The translations under genes and the position numbers were made by a program. Shown one piece after another: positions 1-10,475 of a DNA stretch of 64,000 nt. Below the pieces are notes generated by a model. That model was not told the origin of the DNA. It did not search any database and saw nothing but the letters and a program-made list of their open reading frames with translations. Each line of letters opens with the position of its first letter. Within the stretch, counting starts at the first letter, position 1. Origin of the DNA: Candidatus Dojkabacteria bacterium. Lineage in GTDB: Bacteria > Patescibacteriota > Dojkabacteria > B142 > OLB20. Where the stretch lies: NCBI GenBank assembly GCA_030583785.1, contig CP129475.1:95559-159558 (forward strand), read 5' to 3'.

Positions 1-56
1 ATTTTCTTTGATGTATAATCTCACCTGTAGTAAATATAATAGCAAAGAATAAAGCT

Positions 57-1091
57 GTGAAAAGTAGATACGACTCAATAATTTGCGGTGCTGGTCTGTC
101 GGGTTCACTTTTGGCTCACTGCCTAAGAATGAAAGGAGAGAAGGTATTGATTTACGATGCGCAAAAGTCCACCAGGCAACATATGACGGCGTGGTGGGCC
201 AAAGATTCTGATGCAATACTTACATCAAATTGGAAATGGAAAAATTTCGGGTTAATAGATGAAAAGGGTAGATATTACAATAAAACCCTGTCGCAATATG
301 TATACAAGGCAACATGGAACAATGATCTACTTGAGGAGTTAAAGAAGGGAAGTGATTTTGTGCAAAAGAATCTTTCAGACGATGATCTAATTCAACTATC
401 ACTTAGTAACACAGATGCGAAGTTGTTTGATGGTCGATATGTTCAACCCAAAGAAGATAAACATGAAATTAATCAGATTTTTTACGGACAGGTACTAGAG
501 TATGACCATGAACATGTATACCACGAACCGGTACTTTTTGACTTAAGGCCGGGGAAAGGAAAAGAACCCATTTTCTCTTATATACTTCCTCTCTCAAAAA
601 ACCGCTTATTTGTTGAACTTGTATCCTTTATAAAAGCAGATGTTAAGTCATTGCATCAGAAGTATCTGCAACAAAACAACTTAACAAACGGAAAGGTGGT
701 ATTTGTTGAATCTGGGTTAACCCCTTTGTTCCAATACAATCGCAAGATTGATAATAAGATAACTGAGATCGGAATCAGAGGTGGCATACTTAGACCAAGT
801 AACGGTTACGGAATGCCTTATTTCCTTAAAGATGCTCAGTCGTTGGCAAACTCAAGCCATTATCAACGGGGAAATCTAGCAAAAATTTTAGATGCAATCT
901 TCCTAAAGGCAATTAAGATAGAACCATCAGTTAATGTCGGGGTTCTGTCAGCGATGTCCGCAAAGTTTAGTGGTGATGAGATTTTTGCTTTTATGGACGA
1001 AAACTATTCTCTGAAAAGATTACTTAAGTTGCTTCTTTGTCTTAGACCTTTAAAAGTATTAAGATTTGTCCTCTTCAACATCCGTAACTAG
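57..1091 (+). CDS. FAD-binding lycopene-cyclase-family protein
   Basis: N-terminal dinucleotide-binding motif IICGAGLSGSLLA, followed by a TAWW segment resembling the CrtY-type lycopene cyclase family N-terminus. GTG start in the ORF track. Confidence 0.45.
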   Translation: MKSRYDSIICGAGLSGSLLAHCLRMKGEKVLIYDAQKSTRQHMTAWWAKDSDAILTSNWKWKNFGLIDEKGRYYNKTLSQYVYKATWNNDLLEELKKGSDFVQKNLSDDDLIQLSLSNTDAKLFDGRYVQPKEDKHEINQIFYGQVLEYDHEHVYHEPVLFDLRPGKGKEPIFSYILPLSKNRLFVELVSFIKADVKSLHQKYLQQNNLTNGKVVFVESGLTPLFQYNRKIDNKITEIGIRGGILRPSNGYGMPYFLKDAQSLANSSHYQRGNLAKILDAIFLKAIKIEPSVNVGVLSAMSAKFSGDEIFAFMDENYSLKRLLKLLLCLRPLKVLRFVLFNIRN

Positions 1092-1637
1092 TTTTAGCAG
1101 ATCATCTGAGTATCTTTTGGTTACTCGATACTTTGTAGTCACATCTCGAGCCTTTTCAACTATAGTATCTGTTTTTCGCTCTCTTCTCATAGCGTCGAAG
1201 AAGCGAACATGAATATTGTACTGAGCATCAAAACTATTTACGAAGTTAAGATCGTTTTCGTTGGGTGCATAGAACTGATCTTTAGATGCTTTGAATGCAT
1301 CTTCAACACGAGTAATTTGATCAGAAAGCAGATCAAGTGAGTATAAGATGTCAGCTTCTGAGTAGTTTTCTTCGTAATTGCTTCTAAGCTCTAAGAATCG
1401 TTCATTAAGTATATCTTGTTCAAAGCTACCTTTGGCAAGAGCGAATCTTGGAACTACCCTTTCTACTGATTCAAAGAACAAATCGAAATTAAATAAAATT
1501 GAACCAGGTTTTGCAGAATTTGTAAGATTTCTAAGTGTTGTCAGAACAACAATAATAACAACTAATGCGACCACCGCAGCTACAATAACCTTAACTTTTT
1601 TCTTGTCTAACTTGGGTTTGAGTTTGTTTATCTTCAT
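1059..1637 (-). CDS. membrane-anchored hypothetical protein (Lys-rich N-terminus plus one TM helix)
   Basis: 192-aa ORF. N-terminal KKKVKVIVAAVVALVVIIVVL looks like a signal-anchor. I recognise no family for the rest. Confidence 0.5.
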   Translation of the reverse strand: MKINKLKPKLDKKKVKVIVAAVVALVVIIVVLTTLRNLTNSAKPGSILFNFDLFFESVERVVPRFALAKGSFEQDILNERFLELRSNYEENYSEADILYSLDLLSDQITRVEDAFKASKDQFYAPNENDLNFVNSFDAQYNIHVRFFDAMRRERKTDTIVEKARDVTTKYRVTKRYSDDLLKLVTDVEEDKS

Positions 1638-1704
1638 GAGAGTAAATGCAAAATGGTTATTATTTTTGATATTATGCTAGACTTACAAAATATGCAACAA
1701 AAAA

Positions 1705-2379
1705 ATGAATGTTCGTCTGGAACAATCCTGGTTGGCACTGCTGAAGAACGAATTTGAAGCAGACTATTTTAAGTCGCTAGTTACATTTGTTCGAGAAGAA
1801 TACTCAAGTCAAACTGTTGCTCCAAAACCAAACCAAATATTTAGAGCTTTGGATTTATGCCCTGTAGATAAGGTTAAAGTTGTAGTTATCGGTCAAGATC
1901 CTTATCATACGCTTAAAGGTTATAGGGCAAACGGACTTGCCTTCTCTGTTAATGTGCAGGATCAAATTCCACCCTCTCTTCGAAATATATATACTGAACT
2001 AGAGAATGATCTTGGACAAAAACTGTCTAATTCTGGTGATTTAACAAGCTGGGCAGAACAAGGGGTTCTTTTACTTAATGCCACCTTAACTGTAAGGGCA
2101 GGGCAAGCTGGTTCCCATCAGAATAAAGGATGGGAACTTTTTACTGATGCCATTATTTCAAAATTATCAGAAGTAAAAGACCATCTAGTATTTATTCTGT
2201 GGGGATCTTACGCAAGGCGAAAATCCGGACTGATTGACAAAAATAAGCATAAAATAATCGAATCCGCACACCCGTCTCCTTTATCCGCGGCCAACGGATT
2301 CTTTGGAAGTAAGCCATTTAGTAAAACAAATAAATGGCTTGTAGAAAATAATTTAGAACCCATAAACTGGATAATATGA
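1705..2379 (+). CDS. ung: uracil-DNA glycosylase (family 1)
   Basis: UDG family 1 motifs GQDPYH (water-activating loop) and HPSPLS (C-terminal) are both present. Length 224 aa is typical. Confidence 0.9.
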   Translation: MNVRLEQSWLALLKNEFEADYFKSLVTFVREEYSSQTVAPKPNQIFRALDLCPVDKVKVVVIGQDPYHTLKGYRANGLAFSVNVQDQIPPSLRNIYTELENDLGQKLSNSGDLTSWAEQGVLLLNATLTVRAGQAGSHQNKGWELFTDAIISKLSEVKDHLVFILWGSYARRKSGLIDKNKHKIIESAHPSPLSAANGFFGSKPFSKTNKWLVENNLEPINWII

Positions 2380-3185
2380 AAACAACAAAAATTATTTCGT
2401 GGAATGTAAATGGTCTAAGATCAATACTTAATAAGGGGTTTAAAGATATTATTGCAGATCTTGATCCTGATATTATTTGTTTACAAGAAACAAGAACCTT
2501 ACCCGAACAAGTTATTCTTGATCTTACCGATTATGAAGAATTCTGGAACTCAGCTGAGAAAAAAGGCTATTCTGGAACTGCAATTTTTACTAAAAAGAAA
2601 CCTCTAAATGTAATTTACGATTTACCAGAAGATAACCAAGAATCTCTTCTTGACGGTAAAGGCGTTAATGTTAACAAAGAAGGAAGAGTTTTGACGCACG
2701 AGTACGAAAAATTCTATTTAGTGACTGTCTACACTCCTAATAGTAAAAGGGATTTATTTCGTCTTGATTTAAGATACGAAAGCTGGGATCCTAAATTTCT
2801 ACAATTTCTAATGCAATTAGAAGAAGAAAAACCAGTAATTTTTTGTGGAGATCTTAATGTGGCTCACAATCCTATCGATCTTGCCAGACCTGAACAGAAT
2901 AAAAACACGCATGGTTTTACAGAAAAAGAAAGAGAAGGATTTGATAACCTAGTCAAAGCAGGATTTATTGATACTTTTAGATATCTGCATCCACAAACAC
3001 AAAAATTTACTTGGTGGACTAATTGGGCAAGAGCAAGAGAGAGGAATATTGGTTGGAGAATTGATTATTTTTGTGTCTCCAATATTTTAAAAGATAAGAT
3101 TATCAAAGCAGAGATTTTAGATCATATACAGGGATCTGATCATTGCCCTGTATTAATAGAATTTAGCGAGTCCGATCTTTTCTAA
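2376..3185 (+). CDS. xth: exodeoxyribonuclease III / AP endonuclease
   Basis: N-terminal ISWNVNGLRS and the ExoIII/APE1 EEP-fold pattern (QETR, GDLNV, SDHCP) are present. The start overlaps the ung stop by 4 nt (ATGA). Confidence 0.9.
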   Translation: MKTTKIISWNVNGLRSILNKGFKDIIADLDPDIICLQETRTLPEQVILDLTDYEEFWNSAEKKGYSGTAIFTKKKPLNVIYDLPEDNQESLLDGKGVNVNKEGRVLTHEYEKFYLVTVYTPNSKRDLFRLDLRYESWDPKFLQFLMQLEEEKPVIFCGDLNVAHNPIDLARPEQNKNTHGFTEKEREGFDNLVKAGFIDTFRYLHPQTQKFTWWTNWARARERNIGWRIDYFCVSNILKDKIIKAEILDHIQGSDHCPVLIEFSESDLF

Positions 3186-3187
3186 GA

Positions 3188-4111
3188 ATGTTAAGTACAA
3201 ACATAAACTTTAAAAAAAAGATAAATAAGTTAATGCAGAATGCATACTTATTGCCAGTTTACACAGACAAGGAAGATTTTAAACTATTTACTGAAAAGAA
3301 AATTAAAACGCATTCCTTCGAGATAAATTATGCAGAAGCTGGTCAAGGAGAAACTCTTTTACTTGTTCATGGAATGTCAAATAACTGGACAGGTTGGATT
3401 CCGTTGGCAAAGATCTTGAAAGACTACTTCAGAGTTGTATTAATCGATTTACCTGGTTACGGAAAATCGCAACGATTAGAAAAGTATTCAGTTGAAATTC
3501 AGGCGCAGGCACTAGAAGAGTTTATTTCTAAACTTGATTTAAAAGTAACAAGCATTGTTGGTCTGTCCATGGGAAGCATAGTCATTGCAGAATTTTTATC
3601 TAATTATGCAGATAAGGTCGACAGTGCAGTTCTTTGCGGACCAATGTTCCACCTACGCAATGCAGAATGGGCATCTTGGATCTCGAATAAAGGTCTTTGG
3701 GCGGTCGATAAAACAAAAGGCGCCTCCACTGTATTAAAACGCCTTATCACTAACACTCTAGCCTCATATGTAATTACCAAGTATGTTAACATGCACAGAT
3801 TTGATCGAGAATTGGTTGATGCCTATGGACTCAGCGGTAGAAGATTAATGGATCCGAAAGCCTTTGTGCAAATGGGGATGAGCGTTACTACAAACATTGT
3901 AGAAGATGATCTAAAAGACTGTTCTGTTCCGGTCCAGTTCATTTTTGGGAGTGAAGATAAGATTACATCACCTGCCAGCGCAAAAAAGAAAATGCAGAAT
4001 GCAAAAGGAGATTTTAAATTTGCAGAGATTGCAAACGCAGGACATATAGTCACTCTCGAAAAACCAATGCAAGTAGCTGAAATTATTATCGAATTTCTTC
4101 GTAATATATAA
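3188..4111 (+). CDS. alpha/beta-fold hydrolase
   Basis: HGMSNNWTGW oxyanion region and GLSMGS nucleophile elbow (GxSxG). The C-terminal GHIV histidine motif is also present. Confidence 0.75.
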   Translation: MLSTNINFKKKINKLMQNAYLLPVYTDKEDFKLFTEKKIKTHSFEINYAEAGQGETLLLVHGMSNNWTGWIPLAKILKDYFRVVLIDLPGYGKSQRLEKYSVEIQAQALEEFISKLDLKVTSIVGLSMGSIVIAEFLSNYADKVDSAVLCGPMFHLRNAEWASWISNKGLWAVDKTKGASTVLKRLITNTLASYVITKYVNMHRFDRELVDAYGLSGRRLMDPKAFVQMGMSVTTNIVEDDLKDCSVPVQFIFGSEDKITSPASAKKKMQNAKGDFKFAEIANAGHIVTLEKPMQVAEIIIEFLRNI

Positions 4112-4129
4112 ATCATTAAGTACTAAACA

Positions 4130-5554
4130 ATGGATAAGATAAAAACATTGCTTTCTAACAATAAGAAACTTGTCGGGGCATTTTCGTTTATTTTATTAAT
4201 TCTTCTCGTTATTGCTTTTTCAACCGGTAATAATCAAAGTAACAATAAAGAAGAAACTGATACTACACCAGAAAATGAACAACAAAGTTATGCTTTGTTT
4301 CTTAATGACGGATCAACCGTTACAATCAGAGACTCAGAAACGGGTCGATTAAAGCAGGCAAGTGAAGAGTCCGGTTACAGCTTAAAAGATGTTATCAAGA
4401 CTGCGCAAGGTGCATACGCACTTCTATTAATCCCCGGTGAATCCTATGTGCTACTTCTACCTGAATCTGAAGTATATGTTGACTCAGCAACGGCTGAGGT
4501 ATTTCAAGTTAATGTTAGCGCTGGATCTGTTTGGATTAAAGCAACATCAGATTTGCAGATTAATTCAGATATTTCAGAAACAATCGGAAAAGGCCTTGCT
4601 GTAGTTAAGCATAATGATTTAACAAGTTTAGAGGTACTGTCAGGAATATTCTTTGCAAAGCCTGATATTTCTGAAAGAGAAGTCGAAGCCGAACGAGTTG
4701 TTGCCGATCAGGTGATAGAGATTGATGAAAAGAAACTCAACGACTATCTTGGAGGAGCATTATCAAAATATATTAAGAAAGCCGACCAAGCACTCCGTGA
4801 AAATGACTTGAGCTATGCTTTCGGTTTTTGCATCGATGACTACCTGTCTTCAATCACACTAAACAGCACAGACATCAATAACCTTTCAGTCAAGGAGGGA
4901 TTTAACGCATGTGTCAGCATTATTTCTGATGGTGAGGAGGCCGGATCAAAACAGTTATTGGATTTTAACAGAGTGGTTGGCGAATTTATCTCTAGTAATG
5001 AACTAAGATGTAGCTGGACTGCTCCTGAAGCTGAAGTTCAAGGCTATGCGTACTGGGTTGGAACTTCACCTAAGGCATTTGATGTTTTTGAAGAAGCATT
5101 TACAGATAAAACAGAGGTCACAATCAAACTTACACCAACATCTGGACTTAGTTATTTTTGCTCGGTAAGGGCTGTGTCTGCAGATGGTGTGGGCGAAGCA
5201 GTATCTGGCCCAATTGTTGCCAAGTCAGAAACAACTAATGTTATAAAAAATCAGATTCCAGCACTTGGTAAAGAGTTTACTGGACAGGTTAATGGAATAA
5301 TAAATATTTCCGGGTATAAACGCTCGGATTTGTTACTGCAGTATTCAATTCAGGCGCAGGACGGAAGGTATTTTGATTCTGATGCTTGGTCAACTACAAA
5401 ACTTTTTAACGAGATTGATATTAAGTCAGATTGGTCTTATAGCTTTACAATTGAAGAAGTTACCGACGAATTTGCTGGCTCAATCTTAAGGATTGAACTA
5501 CTTGATTCTGATAAAAAGTTATTAGCAGATTTTCAACAATTGTTGCAATTGTAA
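4130..5554 (+). CDS. membrane-anchored secreted protein with FN3-like domain
   Basis: N-terminal TM helix. Internal segment CSWTAPEAEVQGYAYWVGTSPK...YFCSVRAVSADGVGEAVSGP has the fibronectin type III pattern W..P...GY.Y.V......Y.F.V.AV. It is a paralog of the 7248-8780 ORF. Confidence 0.6.
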   Translation: MDKIKTLLSNNKKLVGAFSFILLILLVIAFSTGNNQSNNKEETDTTPENEQQSYALFLNDGSTVTIRDSETGRLKQASEESGYSLKDVIKTAQGAYALLLIPGESYVLLLPESEVYVDSATAEVFQVNVSAGSVWIKATSDLQINSDISETIGKGLAVVKHNDLTSLEVLSGIFFAKPDISEREVEAERVVADQVIEIDEKKLNDYLGGALSKYIKKADQALRENDLSYAFGFCIDDYLSSITLNSTDINNLSVKEGFNACVSIISDGEEAGSKQLLDFNRVVGEFISSNELRCSWTAPEAEVQGYAYWVGTSPKAFDVFEEAFTDKTEVTIKLTPTSGLSYFCSVRAVSADGVGEAVSGPIVAKSETTNVIKNQIPALGKEFTGQVNGIINISGYKRSDLLLQYSIQAQDGRYFDSDAWSTTKLFNEIDIKSDWSYSFTIEEVTDEFAGSILRIELLDSDKKLLADFQQLLQL

Positions 5555-5600
5555 AAAGATTTTCTCTTGTCATTGCTAGTCAGCATGTTTACAATATCTT

Positions 5601-6380
5601 ATGGCAAAATCAGAACAAGAGAATAAACAGAATCAACAGGAATCCAGCGAAGATTCTAAAAGAAAAGTTAAACAGTCAAACGAACGACTTCATCCATTAA
5701 AGTACAACATACTTAACAACCCCTTCTTTAAGTATTCTGAAGAAAAAAACACAATTCAAAGTTTAAAAAAGCTTCTGAATTTAGAGATAATGCTTACCTT
5801 AATCGCCATTGCGATGATGGTTTTACTTGTGGGACTTATCGTCAGGCTTCCCTCGCTACCTTCGGGCGAAGCTGTCGCTGTTGTAACTCCTACTACAGAT
5901 GTTATTGCTACACTCGAACCTACTCAGCAGGGAACAATAATTGTAGATGGAAAAGAAATCAAAGATAATCGTGACCTTGCAGATTCTGATAATGGTTCAG
6001 ATCAGGGTTCTTCTGTTGAAACACAACTTTATGCAAATACAGACTTAGGATTTACGGTCAGGTATCCAGTAACTTGGAAACTTGAAGAGCCGGTAGTTGA
6101 TGGTGTAAAAACCACCAAAATCTTTGATCCAGCTGCCAAGCAAGAGACATATATAACATTTACCAACCAAAGACCAGATGGTTCTGCCTTTGAATCCACT
6201 GGGACTGAGATAAAACGAGATCTTTTTACTGTAAGCAGTGTTTACCGTTCTACGGGTTATGTAAGATTTGGCAGAACAAACTGGGCTAGCATTACAGTAG
6301 ACCCAAATAAGTTCTATATAGTATTTGCAGGCGAAGTAGAAAAGGATATTATTCCTATTATGCTTACATTCAACTATTAA
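5601..6380 (+). CDS. membrane-anchored hypothetical protein (shared C-terminal GFTVxYPxxW domain)
   Basis: One TM helix and a low-complexity linker. The C-terminal domain begins LGFTVRYPVTWKLEE, and a similar domain recurs at 6388-7101 and 10476-11114. Confidence 0.55.
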   Translation: MAKSEQENKQNQQESSEDSKRKVKQSNERLHPLKYNILNNPFFKYSEEKNTIQSLKKLLNLEIMLTLIAIAMMVLLVGLIVRLPSLPSGEAVAVVTPTTDVIATLEPTQQGTIIVDGKEIKDNRDLADSDNGSDQGSSVETQLYANTDLGFTVRYPVTWKLEEPVVDGVKTTKIFDPAAKQETYITFTNQRPDGSAFESTGTEIKRDLFTVSSVYRSTGYVRFGRTNWASITVDPNKFYIVFAGEVEKDIIPIMLTFNY

Positions 6381-6387
6381 ACTGTAG

Positions 6388-7101
6388 TTACTCGAAAGTA
6401 ATTATTCCAAGAAGTGTGTTAAAAACATTTACATTACTGTTAAATGCTTCTGGAGCAGTTCTGTATTCTAAGACATATACTTTTCCTGAGTTCTCGATTA
6501 CTCCAATCTTTGCTTTTCTTGTACCAAATATTACTGAATCTTCTGATCCTTCAACGATAATCCATGAGTTTGGTCCGGCATCAAGTGATTCTTCAGTAGC
6601 CGAGTCAAGAGATGACTTAGTCGATGATACAACACTGCTTAGTGAACCACTTCTTTGGGTGATGGTGACTAGGCCTGCTGTTTCGCTTTCGGTTGGAATA
6701 GGTTCTGGGGCAATTCCTAGTGTAGATGCATTTCTTCTAAAGAACCAAGTGGAGGGTCTGTAGAATTTATAGCCGATTCCTTCAATTTCAATTTCTTTCC
6801 AATTTGCAGGAACCTCGACTGTAACATCTGTTTCTGATGATGTTGGTGTAACAGTGGCTGTTGGTGTTGCAATGCTTGTAACAGTGACAGTTGGGGTTAC
6901 CTCGGTTTCGGTATTTGTGTCCGAATTGTCGGCAGGATCGTTATCTGTTTGAGAATCTTGATTACCAGACTGCGAAATAAGGTATACGCTGGCCAGTGCT
7001 ATGACGGCAACGAGTAATACCATAGGAAGTACTTTAGAAACACCTCCGGAGCTTTCTGCTGCTCGTATATTTCTAATAGAAGGGGAACTAGAATCTTGCA
7101 T
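6388..7101 (-). CDS. membrane-anchored hypothetical protein with Thr/Pro-rich linker (paralog family)
   Basis: TM helix, then TPTVTVTSIATPTATVTPTSS linker, then a domain with GYKFYRPSTWFF resembling the neighbouring paralogs. Confidence 0.55.
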   Translation of the reverse strand: MQDSSSPSIRNIRAAESSGGVSKVLPMVLLVAVIALASVYLISQSGNQDSQTDNDPADNSDTNTETEVTPTVTVTSIATPTATVTPTSSETDVTVEVPANWKEIEIEGIGYKFYRPSTWFFRRNASTLGIAPEPIPTESETAGLVTITQRSGSLSSVVSSTKSSLDSATEESLDAGPNSWIIVEGSEDSVIFGTRKAKIGVIENSGKVYVLEYRTAPEAFNSNVNVFNTLLGIITFE

Positions 7102-7247
7102 AGTTGAGATACTAATAGATGATTAATCTAAATATAGGTTTTGATGATTATAAAGTCAATCTTTAGGGTAACATTCAGTTTTTCCTGTCGTATCTCAATG
7201 TACTATCTTTCCATAAAAGGGGGGATTTGATAGTATGAAATACACGC

Positions 7248-8780
7248 ATGATTATGAATAAAACAGATAAAATCAATCAGGTTTCAATGCCTGTTTTGTA
7301 CTTGCTAGTAATGGCAATCGTATCTGTAGTAATAATATCCACGGTTAATGCTCTTACTCCAAATCCTTCCGCCCCGAAATATGAAGAATCTGAAGATGCT
7401 AATACACTAGAACAAGATCCTGTTATATCAGATCAGGTTCACTTAAAAGTCCATAGTAGAGATTTAAATTCTCAAGTAATTAGAGAAAAAAAGAGTCTAC
7501 CGGTTTACAACGGAATGAATCTTTATTCAGAAGATAAGATAATTCAAGCTTCTGAAGATGAGTTGTACCTGCTTTCAGAAAACGGCATCTTGTTAATGCT
7601 CGAAAATGGATCAGAATTAAGAATCACAGATTTGACTGAAGATAGCATAAATCTTCAAGACACAACAGGTAGATTCTGGATTCGTATCGAAAAGAATAGC
7701 GATTATCGAGTTATCCTTCAAAATATTGATTTCACAGCAAGAAATACTTTGTTAATGATCGAAGATAGCAAACTTAATGTTATTGAAGGGCAAGTTAATA
7801 TCTCTGGAAAAGAAGTCGGCTCAGAAGAGTCAGTTGACATGATATCTTCGGGAGTAAATCAGTCGAGTATAATTAAAGATAAAAGATATTTATATCTTCT
7901 TTGTCTAGACGAAACACTTGTTACGGAGAATGTATTGCAACAGCCGTTTACCCAAGCTTTAGAGAGTGTTTCCAAAATCTTAAATGAATCAACAAAATGC
8001 TCAGCTATTCTTGGTGTAAGTACTTCAAATAACCAAAACCAAGCTCTCGAGACTTATCAATACATAAAACCTAAAGTAACAGTAAAACCATTGCCTACAA
8101 TCATTCCTACCAAACTAGAGAAAGCTGAATTACTATTTGCATACGATGATGATAAGGCGTTTTGTAAATGGGATTTATCCGGAGAACTTAAAGAGACTCA
8201 ACAGCTTTCGTTTTCACTATGGCAATATAACGAAGGAGTTAACGACACAACTTTAATTGATTGGACTGCAGTAGATTCAAAATCTAGAGAAGTTGAACTG
8301 ATCTTGGCACCAGATCTAAGTTTCACTAACCAGCAACCATACTATTGCATAGTGCAGATCGTTTCAGCTGAATCACAGCAATCAGTTAAATCAGACGATA
8401 CCTATTACGATATTTCTAGAGGTCATATGACCATCACCGAGCCTAGTGGATACTTTAGAGGAGAAATTGAAGGAGACGGCAGAGTCTACGATATGGATAT
8501 TAATAATGTTAAGATTCAGTATTCAATAAAACTAACTCAGTCTGGAGTTCCAGGTTCAGGCAGATACTGCTTAGGGAATGACAATTGGGGAACAATGGAA
8601 ACCTGGCTTGAAGCTCCGATTATTGTTAAAACAATCCACAACTTGTTTCTATTTAAAGATAATACTATCAGTTGCGTTTACGCCTCAAATTACGAGCAGG
8701 CATTGCTTCAGGTAAAAATGTACAACAAACTTACTGGAAAACTAATTTCTGAAACTGCTTTTCCTGTTGTTTTGAATTAA
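7248..8780 (+). CDS. membrane-anchored secreted protein with FN3-like domain (paralog of 4130-5554)
   Basis: N-terminal TM helix. The segment CKWDLSGELKETQQLSFSLWQYNEG...YYCIVQIVSAESQ is FN3-like. Overall architecture matches 4130-5554. Confidence 0.55.
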   Translation: MIMNKTDKINQVSMPVLYLLVMAIVSVVIISTVNALTPNPSAPKYEESEDANTLEQDPVISDQVHLKVHSRDLNSQVIREKKSLPVYNGMNLYSEDKIIQASEDELYLLSENGILLMLENGSELRITDLTEDSINLQDTTGRFWIRIEKNSDYRVILQNIDFTARNTLLMIEDSKLNVIEGQVNISGKEVGSEESVDMISSGVNQSSIIKDKRYLYLLCLDETLVTENVLQQPFTQALESVSKILNESTKCSAILGVSTSNNQNQALETYQYIKPKVTVKPLPTIIPTKLEKAELLFAYDDDKAFCKWDLSGELKETQQLSFSLWQYNEGVNDTTLIDWTAVDSKSREVELILAPDLSFTNQQPYYCIVQIVSAESQQSVKSDDTYYDISRGHMTITEPSGYFRGEIEGDGRVYDMDINNVKIQYSIKLTQSGVPGSGRYCLGNDNWGTMETWLEAPIIVKTIHNLFLFKDNTISCVYASNYEQALLQVKMYNKLTGKLISETAFPVVLN

Positions 8781-8837
8781 TATTTGTCTAATCTATCCTG
8801 CATATACTACAATGTGCCACCAGGTATTAGTATTATT

Positions 8838-9119
8838 ATGAACAACGAAGATACACTCGCAGATTTATCAAAAGCAGTAATGAAACTCAGGGACTCTAAA
8901 GAAGTTGCATCTTTTCTCAAAGATATATTAACCAGATCCGAGTTAGAGATAGTACTCCTTAGATGGAGAGTCGCAGGTCTATTAGATCAAGGCTTGCCAT
9001 ATACGCAGATCGAGCGAGAAACCGGAGCCAGTTCAGCAACAATAGCTAAGGTCAGTGAATTCTTAAAATATGGCTACGATGGCTACAGAATTGCTATAGA
9101 TAGAACAAAAAAACGCTAA
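8838..9119 (+). CDS. YerC/YecD (TrpR-like) family DNA-binding protein
   Basis: About 95 aa. The pattern LLTRSELEIVLLRWRVAGLLDQGLPYTQIERETGASSATIAKV matches the YerC/YecD Trp-repressor-like family. I placed the start at an internal ATG because family members are about 100 aa. Confidence 0.65.
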   Translation: MNNEDTLADLSKAVMKLRDSKEVASFLKDILTRSELEIVLLRWRVAGLLDQGLPYTQIERETGASSATIAKVSEFLKYGYDGYRIAIDRTKKR

Positions 9120-9124
9120 AACCT

Positions 9125-10420
9125 ATGAAAAACGCACAAACATTAAAAGGATTCAGAGACTTTATCGGCCAAGATTATAAACAACGAACAAACATTTTCA
9201 GACTATTTGAGGAGATATTTGGTAAGTATGGTTACGAAGGTATTCAAACTCCGGCACTAGAATATGCGCACATTCTTTTAGATAAATACGGAGAAGACGA
9301 AAAACTCGTCTACAAATTCGTTGACCATGGAGGTAGAGAAGTGGCAATGAGATATGACCTCACTGTTCCAACGGCAAGAGTTCTAGCGCAACATCGAGCC
9401 AAAATACAGTTGCCTTGGAAGCGCTATCAACTTCAGCCTGTTTGGAGAGCAGATAACACACAAAAAGGAAGATTCAGAGAATTCTATCAGTTAGACATCG
9501 ATGTTTTTGGCAGTAGTTCCTATCTAGTTGAAGTTGAGATGCTTCTTATTGGTTCGGAAGTATATTCAAGGCTAGGATTTGCAGATTATGCTGCCAGATT
9601 AAACTCCAGGCAGATTCTGAACGCAATTGTTGAGTACGCAGGCAGAAAAGATGATTTCAGCACAATTGTAACGATTATCGATAAATGGGATAAAAGAACA
9701 AAAGAAGAAACAAAGGCTGATCTATTAGATAAGCTAAGTAACAACGAGGAGGCTGTTGCCAAGATTATGCAATGTGTAGAACTTCAAGGAAGCAACTCTG
9801 AAAAAATATCGGCGCTTAAAGAAATACTCGGCAATATCATCGGTGCACAAGAGTCCTTAGCTGAAATCGAAAAGATAATTAGTTATTCCGAGAAACTCGG
9901 GAACAATAAAGTTATTTTTGATCCTACTATTGCCCGTGGACTTAGCTACTATACAGGTCCTGTTTGGGAATGGGAGATTAATGAAGGTAATGTTGGATCA
10001 GTTGGTTCTGGTGGAAGATACGACAATCTTGTTGCCTCAATCGGTGGAGAAGACACTCCTGCCTGTGGTCAATCTTTTGGTATAGAAAGGATATTAGAGG
10101 TCATGTCAGATAGGGGTATGCTTTCCAGTCAAATTCAAAGCGATTTAGTCCTAATCACCTTTCTAGATAATGAGGCAGAGGTTGTTTCTCTGGAAGTAAT
10201 GAAAGAACTGCAGGCAATCGATATAAGAACTGTAGTCTATACTGGAACAGACAAACTGCCGAAACGCTTTAAATATGCCGAAGATATTGGCGCTAGCTGG
10301 GTTGTGCTAATCGGTAGCAACGAGATTCAAGCAAATACACTTACAATAAAGAATTTAGTGAGCAAAGAGCAGGTAGAAATTCAGCGTTCAGAATTAGCAT
10401 CATATTTTGTTTCTAATTGA
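9125..10420 (+). CDS. hisS: histidyl-tRNA synthetase
   Basis: Class IIa motifs are present: KGFRDF, RYDLTVPTAR (motif 2 region), GGRYDNL (motif 3) and a C-terminal anticodon-binding domain. Length is 431 aa. Confidence 0.92.
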   Translation: MKNAQTLKGFRDFIGQDYKQRTNIFRLFEEIFGKYGYEGIQTPALEYAHILLDKYGEDEKLVYKFVDHGGREVAMRYDLTVPTARVLAQHRAKIQLPWKRYQLQPVWRADNTQKGRFREFYQLDIDVFGSSSYLVEVEMLLIGSEVYSRLGFADYAARLNSRQILNAIVEYAGRKDDFSTIVTIIDKWDKRTKEETKADLLDKLSNNEEAVAKIMQCVELQGSNSEKISALKEILGNIIGAQESLAEIEKIISYSEKLGNNKVIFDPTIARGLSYYTGPVWEWEINEGNVGSVGSGGRYDNLVASIGGEDTPACGQSFGIERILEVMSDRGMLSSQIQSDLVLITFLDNEAEVVSLEVMKELQAIDIRTVVYTGTDKLPKRFKYAEDIGASWVVLIGSNEIQANTLTIKNLVSKEQVEIQRSELASYFVSN

Positions 10421-10475
10421 CTAAGCTTTTCGTTTAGTCGATAATTTTATTTAATTTAATTAATTTTGAATAATT

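Noticed and set aside
220-402. Many short ORFs of 60-130 aa lying antisense to or nested inside long conserved genes. Examples are 220-402(-), 1378-1680(+), 3604-3792(-), 10678-10947(+), 18177-18533(-), 20226-20453(-), 45011-45331(+), 48094-48447(+) and 59126-59431(-).
   Set aside because: They overlap well-supported CDSs on the opposite strand or in another frame. They have biased, hydrophobic composition and no motifs. They are typical shadow ORFs.
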